This document shows positions 1-8,318 of a stretch of DNA of 64,000 nucleotides, piece by piece. A program made the position numbers and the translations under genes. Numbering within the stretch: the stretch's first letter is position 1; each line of letters starts with the position of its first letter. The stretch lies in assembly GCA_031835245.2 (NCBI GenBank), contig JAVKOQ020000097.1, positions 1 through 64,000 of the forward strand. Direction: 5' to 3'. This DNA comes from Balamuthia mandrillaris. Its lineage: Eukaryota. The notes under the pieces are model-generated. The model was not told the DNA's origin and made no database searches. It saw only the letters and a list, made by a program, of their open reading frames with translations.

Positions 1-26
1 AACCCTAACCCTAACCCCTAACCTAA
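1..26 (-). repeat. Telomeric repeat (CCCTAA)n / TTAGGG, chromosome end
   Basis: Window begins aaccctaaccctaacccctaacctaa: canonical plus variant C3-4TAA units in left-end orientation. Confidence 0.9.
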
Positions 27-645
27 ATGTTTTCCGCGAATTTTGAACATGACTTAGGTTTTTTGCGTCCGTCAGGCTCCGTTCAATCCGAAATTGGCCT
101 GTACAAGTGCCGCTCCGTCGGAGCGCCATGTTTTCCGCGAATTTTGAACATGACTTACTTTTTTTGCGTCTGTTAGGCTCCGTTCAGTCCGAAATCAGCC
201 GGTGTAAGTGCCGCTCCGTCGGAGCGCTATGTTTTCTGCGAATTTTGAACATAACTTAGTTTTTTTGCGTCCGTTCAGACCCGTTCAGTTCGAAATTGGC
301 CTGTACAAGTGCCGCTCCATCGGAGCGGCATGTTTTCCGCTAATTTTGAACATAACTTAGTTTTTTGGTGTCAGTTAGGCTCCGTTTAGTCTGAAATTGG
401 CCTGTGCAAGTGCTGCTCTGTTGGAGCGGCATGTTTTCTACTCATTTTGAACATGACTGACTCTTTTTATCTCAGAACAACAATGTTCTGTCCAAAATCG
501 ACCTTAGAAGGTGCCGCTCCATCGGAGCGCTGTGTTTTTTGCTCTGTTTGAACGTGACATGGTTATTTTGCTTTTTATTAACGACTGTAACTCGGCATTT
601 ATGTTATCACACCCTGCTCCATCGGAGTGCTGTGTTTTCGCTGGA
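27..645. repeat. Subtelomeric tandem array, 101-bp unit, ~6 copies
   Basis: Units start atgttttcc at 27, 128, 229, 330, 431 and, degenerate, at ~532. Each ends in the palindrome cgctccgtcggagcg or a variant. Identity decays away from the telomere. Confidence 0.95.
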
Positions 646-1559
646 TTTTTCACATGCCTTTGTTTTTTTCCCTTTCACTCAAGTCCTTAACTCGTTTTTC
701 ATGCCTCTATGAGTGTTGTGCTAGTGTTATCAGTTTTTTTGATCTTTCACTCCTTTTTTTTTTCACTTCCTCACTTCAACTCCCTCTTCATTCAGACAGA
801 CTTCTAGTTGCTGACCTGTGACTACTATCACCAAGCCATGCACAAAAAGTTGTTGTTTGTTTACCCTTGGCATTGTTTAACTTGTTCATTACAATGTTTG
901 GTTCGATTGAGGAGCCACACCCTCCTTTAGCCTACTTGAGGAGCCGTCCCCTGCATGCTCGTCCAGTTCTTCCCACGAACCATAATTCTGGGGCAGCAAC
1001 GCCCTGAGGACGACGGTTATCCACCTTAATTTTTTTGACCGTTAGTTTTTTGTTTTCATCATCAGCTAAGCAGAAACTGCCAGACACGCACACACGTCCA
1101 CACACACACCCACTCACGCATAGCAACTCCTCCCTGTTATCCCCTTTTTTTCTTCGTTTTTTTTTTTCACTTTGTTCTCAGCTACTTTCTTTGTGCAAGT
1201 GGTTGATATTACTTCTTTCTCCAACACTTGCACTTTCCCCCTTTTGCACTCCCTGTAATTGAGTTTTAGTTTTACTACCCCTCCTTTCTTTTGGACCTTC
1301 AAATCAAAACAAAACACAAAAAAAAAAAAACCAACTGCTGTTGTTCTACCTGTGCCTCTGGTTGACCTTGCAACTTGATCTATACTCTGCTGTGCGTACT
1401 ACTTTTAGTTTGTTCACTCTCCTGTTTTACTACATACAGACTTCTTTTGTGTGGTGTGTGTGTGTTTATATATTGTGGGCCATAACTTGCATTGTTCTTT
1501 TCTCCTTTTTTTTTAACACAATCACCTCCTGGTGAGGCTTTCTCTTCCTCAAACTCTCT

Positions 1560-3150
1560 CAAGCAGTTAGCACTCCGATGGAGCGCTGCTTTCACGCTCC
1601 TCTTTTGCACCACTTCTTCTTCTTTCCCTCTACAACCCTGTTCTGTTCGGACTTGGTTGTTCTCATTTTTTTTTCACCTCCGCCCAAAATCACTTGTGTA
1701 GTTAGCACTCTGTTGGAGCGCTGCTTTCGCTCCCCTATTTTGCACCACTTCCTTCATTCTCTCCCCACGACCCTGTTCCGTTGGGACTTGGTTGTTTTCA
1801 TTTTTTCGTCACCCTTTCCCAAAATCCTGCTTGGGGTTAGCGCTCCGTCAGAGCGCTACTTTCGCTCCTTATTTTGCACTATTATCTCTTTTCTCCCCTC
1901 ATGACCCTGTTCTGTTCGGACTTGGTTGTTTTTATTATTCTTCATCCCTACCCAAAATCACTCGTGCAGTTAGCCCTCCGTTGGAGCGCTACTTTCGCTC
2001 CCCTATTGTGCATCACTCCCTTTTCATTCCCTCCACAACCCTGTTCTGTTCGGACTTGGTTGTTTTCATTTTTTTTCACCCTCGCTCAAAATCACTCGCA
2101 TAGTTAGCGCTCCGTCGGAGCGCTGCTTTCGCTCCCCTATTTTGCACCACTTCCTCTTTTCTCCCTCCACGACCCTGTTCTGTTCGGACTTGGTTGTTTT
2201 CATTTTTTTTTGACCCCCACCCAAAATCACTCACATAGTTAGCGCTCCGTCGGAGCGCTACTTTCGTCCCCCCTAATTTGCACCACTTCCTTTTCATTCC
2301 CTCCACGACCCTGTTCAGTTTGGACTTGGTTGTTTTCATTTTTTCGTTGCCCTTTCCCAAAATCCTGCTTGGGGTTAGCGCTCCGTTGGAGCGCTACTTT
2401 TGCTCCCCTATTTTGCATCACCCCCTTTCATTCTCTTCATGACCCTGTTCTGTTCAGACGTGGTTGTTTTTATTTTTATTTCACCCCCACCCAAAATTAC
2501 TCACACAGTTAGCGCTCCGTCGGAGCGCTGCTTTTGTTCCCCTATTTTGCACCACTTCCTCCTTTCTCCCCCCATGACCCTGTTCCATTGGGACTTGGTT
2601 GTTTTTATTTTTTTTTTCACCCCTACCCAAAATCACTTGCATTGTTAGCGCTCCATCAGAGTGCTGCTTTTGCTCCCCTATTTTGCACCACTTCCTCTTT
2701 TCTCCCCCCATGACCCTGTTCTGTTGGGACTTGGTTGTTTTCATTTTTTCATCACCCTTTCCCAAAATCCTGCTTGGGGTTAGTGCTCCTTTGGAGCGCT
2801 ACTTTGCTCCCTATTTTGCACTATTATCTCTTTTCTCCTCCCATGACCCTGTTCTGTTTGGACTTGGTTGTTTTCATTTTTTTTCACCCTCTCCCAAAAT
2901 CCTACTTGGGGTTTGTGCTCTATTGGAGCACTACTTTTGCTTCCTTATTTTACATCACTCCTTTTTTATTCCCTTCACACCTCTGTGCTTTTCAAACTTT
3001 GTCATTTTGACTTTTTTGGTTTCCTTCCTCTCCCTTATTCACCCACGCTGTTGGTGCTCCGATGGAGTGCTACTTTTTCTTCCCTATTTTCCTCCTCTTC
3101 CTCTGTTATCCCTCACAACCTGATTTTACTCAAACTTGGTTGTTTTTTTT
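1560..3150. repeat. Subtelomeric tandem array, ~135-bp unit, 12 copies
   Basis: The gttagcgctccgtcggagcgct core or variants occur at 1566, 1701, 1836, 1969, 2103, 2238, 2374, 2508, 2644, 2779, 2911 and ~3050. Spacing is 132-139 bp, varying mostly in homopolymer tracts. Confidence 0.95.
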
Positions 3151-4442
3151 CTTATTCATTCTTTGCTGCAATTGCTTGTGTGGATGAAGAGGAAGAAACA
3201 GAGGAGAATGATGATGATGATGATATTATGATTATATCCAGTTAGATTATATATATATTCCTATGAGAAAATTGAAAAAATTGCTACTTTGCCCCACTTT
3301 ATCCGTTGGACTTATAGACTTAAAGTTTTATAGAATGGACCATGGGGAGTTGAATGCTGTAGGTTCTGAGTACCCGCCCCTAACCCCCTAGAAAGGAGCT
3401 TGGGTTGGTGGAGAACAGTACAGTTCAAGAACACTGCAAAAAGGTAGACAACACCTTTTTGCAGTGTTCTTGGAGTAACAACAGAAAAAGGAAGGCTTTG
3501 GGCTTGTGTTCTTCTTCATTGTGGAAAGGGGAAGGGAGGGGAGGGTGAATTAATGGTACATAAAGCTGTTGTGCAATAATTGAGCAAGACAAAAACTCAT
3601 ATTTTCCCCTCAAATTATGGGACAAACCTGAATAATAAGCCCCAGGGTGTATGCAAAAAAAAAACAGAGGTGATAAAAGGGTGGGTCCTCAAGCGACTTT
3701 TTTTTTTCCGTCCTCTGATTTTTTGTCGACATTCTCACACTACAGAGTGCAAACCAGCGGGAGAAACACAAAAAAGACAAGAAAATAAAGGAATGGATTA
3801 TTTTTGAAGAAAAGAGGACAAAGCAACTTCTCCTGGATGGTTTGGATCTTTGAGTGTGCCTTGGATACGCCCAACAAAAGTCAGCAAAGCTGCTAAATGT
3901 GCACAATTACCACCGCTCTCACCATTCTTGCAAAGACAGAAGCACCACATTCGTTGCCGTAGTTCCCTCCAAGAAAGAACTGGTTGTCTGTGGCGAAGCA
4001 AGTCGAATCAAGATGTAGGGGGGAGTGGTACTTTTTTGAAGCTGACATGCTTGGTCGGCATCGATTGTGAAGAAGAGCATGGCCATTGCTGATAATGAAA
4101 CGAATGTTGGACTCAGCGAAGTCACAGCCATCGGCGAACTTTCCAGAACGATTCACTGATGACGAATAAACCTCCTCTTGCTTTGGTCGGGCGACTGTAG
4201 GAGTTGCAAATAGATAGCAAAGAAGCTTGTGAGTAAGTGCTGGAAAAATAGAAAAAGAAGCCTCGTGTGTAAGAGAGCTCCAGCAAGATGATTGCTCTCC
4301 CAACACTTGCATTCGCTTTCGAGCTGTAAGAGGAATAACAAATATGGGTCATGTAGAAGCAACAGATGAAATGTGGTCTGCGAGGTTTTTTGAATTTGAT
4401 AAAAAAGTAGTTAATATATTGTTGAAAAGGAGAGCGAGAGAG

Positions 4443-4443
4443 C

Positions 4444-4517
<74 letters not shown>

Positions 4518-4530
4518 AAGAGAGAGAGAA
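4443..4530. repeat. (GA)n microsatellite
   Basis: Long GA run. Similar (CT)n/(GA)n and (CTT)n tracts fill many introns in the window. Confidence 0.9.
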
Positions 4531-5151
4531 GGGAAAAAACGAAAAGAAAAAAAAAAGAAAAGCAGTACTGTCATAAGAGGCAGGTTTTCATTGCGTCAAA
4601 GCAAGCTCAGCTTCATCGGGAGAGGTCTCATCGATCGAACGAAGTTTTTGATGAATTAACGTTAGTAGATTTAAGTGCTGTCTTCAGCTTCTTCACTTTC
4701 GCTTCAACTTGAGTCCTCTTCTTCTCTGCGCTTTCCAAATCTTCCTCTGCCTTCTCTAGTTTTCGTTTTTTCTGAATAAATTCTTTAAGCAAGCGTGCTT
4801 GCCGCCGTTGAAGAAGAGATTGTGCGCGTTTGCTGTTGCCCTCAAGATTTTGTTTTTTTCCAACAGTAGGTGTTTTGTTGAACGTGGGTTGATCGCGACA
4901 GAACTTAGTGCGATCGTAGTGTTTGTCGCAAATCGCAGAGTTCTTCGTGCTTTCAAGGGTGTGTCCTTCGAGAACAGAGCAGCGACAGCATCATCAGCTC
5001 TCGTCTTCTCCGTCCTTCTTCGCTGCTTTTCCCCTTTTTCCGTCTTGTCGACAAAAAAGGCAGAGGACGAAAAAAAGAAGCCATTGTTGAACGGTTCTTG
5101 CAAAAAAGAACGTACGTGCAAGGCTTTGTTTCTTTTGTACGTCATTTCAAC

Positions 5152-7296
5152 ATGGAAGCAGGGAAGCAAGAAGTAGAGAAGAGGGTGAAAGGCGAAATAG
5201 AGGAGGCGAAAGGCGAAATAGAGGAGGTGAAAGGCGAAATAGAGAAGCTGAAAGGCGAAATAGAGCAGCTGGAAGGTAAAATAGAGAAGCTGGAAGGCGA
5301 AATCGACCGTGCAACAAATGAATCAAAGAAGAAGAGCGGCGAGGAAGCTGAAAGTATCACCATGCTCAGAGAGAGACGACAGAGGCTCATCAAACAACAA
5401 GAGAACCTAACCAACCAACAAAAAACCCTGACTAAAGAACATGAAGGACTTTACGAAAAGCTTAGCGACCTGCGCCAGCAACTAAGAGCAACTTCCCCAA
5501 GGAACACAACAGGCACGCTTCCCTGTTCATAAAAATTAATCCACCCCCTCTCCCCCTCTTCCCTTCTCTCCCTCTCCCTTTTTCCCACTCTCCCCATGCC
5601 TTTCTCCTGTCCCTCTTCTTGCGCCTCTCCCTCGCACGCCAGTTGCGTGGCATATCTTTGCAGCTGCACAGATACTAAAACACGAACCAAACCAAAAAAA
5701 CAAACAAACAAACACGCAAAAGGGACCGATCGTGGTACTGCCGCGTCCACTAGCTCTGGTCTAGAGGCTCCCTTTTCAAACCTCCATGTGAGCCCCCCCA
5801 GCCTACTAGAAAAAGGCAAAGGTGAGCATTCCCTCCTCTTGTCGTATTTTACTCCCTAATTTCCGTTCCCTTCACCAAACCTTCCCACAACCTTCCTTCT
5901 TCGTCTTCACCTTCACAACAATCTGCTCCTTTTCTCACCACTTGTCTCTTTCACTGGTAAGAGCCAACACCTGCCACAGGCAGTCCACTCCGGCATGTGA
6001 CTAATGTCGGTAGGTTCCTACCCTTCCCTCTGACTCTTTATGTTTGTTTTTTTTTTGTCCCTAAGATGTTGTGGCAATGCATTCTAGACATTAAACGGCT
6101 GGAAGAAAGAATGATGGGCGAAGTGCAAAAGGCCACAAGCGAAATGAAAAATGCCACGAGCGAAATGAAAAATGCCACGAGCGAAATGAAAAATGCCACT
6201 TACAGGGACAGGACAGAACGTGCGTCCATACCCATTATTTCCTTTTCACTTTGAATTTTTACAAGCAATCACATGATGATAATAATCACAAAAACACCAG
6301 GGAGTACTCCGTCAACTTTTGCAGAGAGGTACCAGCGATTACCAGTGAAGAACAAAGTGGTTGAGCCATGGTTCCCTATCCCCAACCAACGAAAAGCAAA
6401 GGGGGATAACCCATTATTTCATCCTCGTGGGTGTCCTTCGGCAGGCGCCTCTGAAAGTAAAGTCGTTCAGCCATACTGGTCAAGTCAACTGAAGCGCCTT
6501 TCGAAGCTCTTTCCGGACCTGCCTATCTCCTTGGTGGATACTTACAACAAGGTGTCTTTCGGCAGGCGCAAGCCAGACGTTGTGGGCTACTTGAAGGACA
6601 AACCAAAGAGCATATTTTACATCACATTGCTGGGCGATGTCAAAGCAAGGCGTACAAAGACAAAGGAAGACTTTGACGATTCTGAGAAGGGTCATCTACA
6701 CTCCTTTCTCGAAGAGCTCCTGTTTGAATACCAGCCCTACCGTAGTGTGGTGAATGGGTTCCTCACAGATGGCTGTCTAATCCAGTTCTTCCGTCTACAG
6801 AAGCTCCCAACCGCAGTTAAGTGGACCGAGAGCCCCGTCCTTCATCTACACAGCACTGGTGGCCAGTGGCTACTAGGACTGCTTCAGAGCAAAGCTGCAC
6901 ACGGTTTACCTTCAGACATCGTCATCGATGAAGAGCCAGTCATCATGAATGAGCTTCTTGGCATCGGCGGGTCTGCTGTCGTGTACAGCGGCCAGTACAA
7001 AGGTATTTCCCTGAGTTTGACAAAAACAAACAACAATAGATGGGTTCATGATTACTGATGATGATCATGATGGTAATAGGTGAAAAAGTGGTTGTTAAAA
7101 GGTTCAACTCGGCGGACAAAATAACTCACTTGCAGAATGAAAAACGCTGCCTGGAGGAGGTCAAAGACTTGGTGCCTTTGGTCCCAAAACTCGTTGCCGA
7201 TGATGTGGAGCAGCTTGTACTTTTACTTAGTCCTGTCGGAGGACACTTCGCTTCTCGGCTTTCCCACTGTACCAACCGCAATACTGTACGTCCATT

Positions 7297-7327
<31 letters not shown>

Positions 7328-8075
7328 GTTCTTATTATTTTCAAACTGACTGGGCCACGACCGCCAGACAACGCTTGCCATGGCGGATGATTTCTGTCAA
7401 CTGGTGAATATTCTTGAGCAGGTCCACCGCAACTACGGATTGGTCCATCGGGACGTGCGTCTATCCAACTGCTTTCGACATCTAGACACTGGAATGGTAA
7501 TGTTGTCCTCATTCTCTCTTCTTCTGTTCTCTTCCTCCTTGCCGTGTGGCTGGAGCTAACATTAGCCGACTTGTTCAACTACACTTCCCCTTATGTTTGT
7601 GTCTCGTCATCACCATTGTATTTATTACACCTCTCATCAGGTATTTCTTAACGACTGGGGCTGCGCAACTAAAGCGGGAAAAAAGGTGAAGTTCTCTGGT
7701 GCCTTGCAATATGCCCCAGAGCATGTTATTCAGTGCTGGCACTTGAATAAGACCTATGAACCTACCTTTGCTCATGACCTAGAGATGGTAGTGAAGAGTG
7801 TCTTCCAGACTCTATTCTTCACCACCTTCGAGGAGATACGTGCAGAAGAGGAGGCAGAAAAGATCATCGAGTTTTGGCATTACCATCTGACACCGACAAT
7901 TTGGTCCTCCATGCTGGCTGCTGCCCAAAAGGAAGAATATGAAAGCCTCAAGGCACAGATTCGAGACCTCCTGCCTGGTACTCACCACTCACCACCACGT
8001 TGTATGTTTTATTTATTTCTAATCGACCAACCAATCACTTTCCTCCTTCCTCAAGGGAGTACGAATGCTGGTTGA
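5152..8075 (+). CDS. Crinkler/RHS-type effector-like protein: coiled-coil header + PD-(D/E)xK REase-fold domain + protein kinase (9 exons)
   Basis: Splices into one open frame. Heptad coiled coil (KGEIEEx repeats); RKPDVVGY...LLGDVK and GFLTDG REase-like motifs; kinase motifs LGIGGSAVVY, VVVK, HRDVRLSN (exon ~7369-7496), NDWGCA, YAPE, HDLEM. Confidence 0.85.
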
Positions 8076-8318
8076 ACCAATGGTTGTGCAGGAATAACTC
8101 CTCATACGCCCTAGCCGCCATGGATTTTGGTGGCTGAACTGGGTGTACCCATGATGCACACGTATCATGAGCAAAGTAAAACATGTGTGTATGTTTGTAA
8201 TAAGAATAACCTAACGGACACCAACTCGATGACTGAGGGAAAAGACCTTTATTTGAGTGAAGATATAGAAGGAGAGATGGGAATAGGTATTACGGGAGAG
8301 TGATATAACAGTTTGGTC

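Noticed and set aside
27..3150. CRISPR-like array (regularly spaced palindromic repeats near nuclease genes)
   Set aside because: The sequence between palindromes is itself repeated rather than unique spacers, there are no cas genes, and the context is eukaryotic.
1492..3245. Many overlapping plus-strand ORFs in the 135-bp array
   Set aside because: By-products of a T/C-rich tandem repeat; frames shift between units.
3376..3391. Internal telomere-like cccctaaccccctag
   Set aside because: Only about two degenerate units, compatible with chance.
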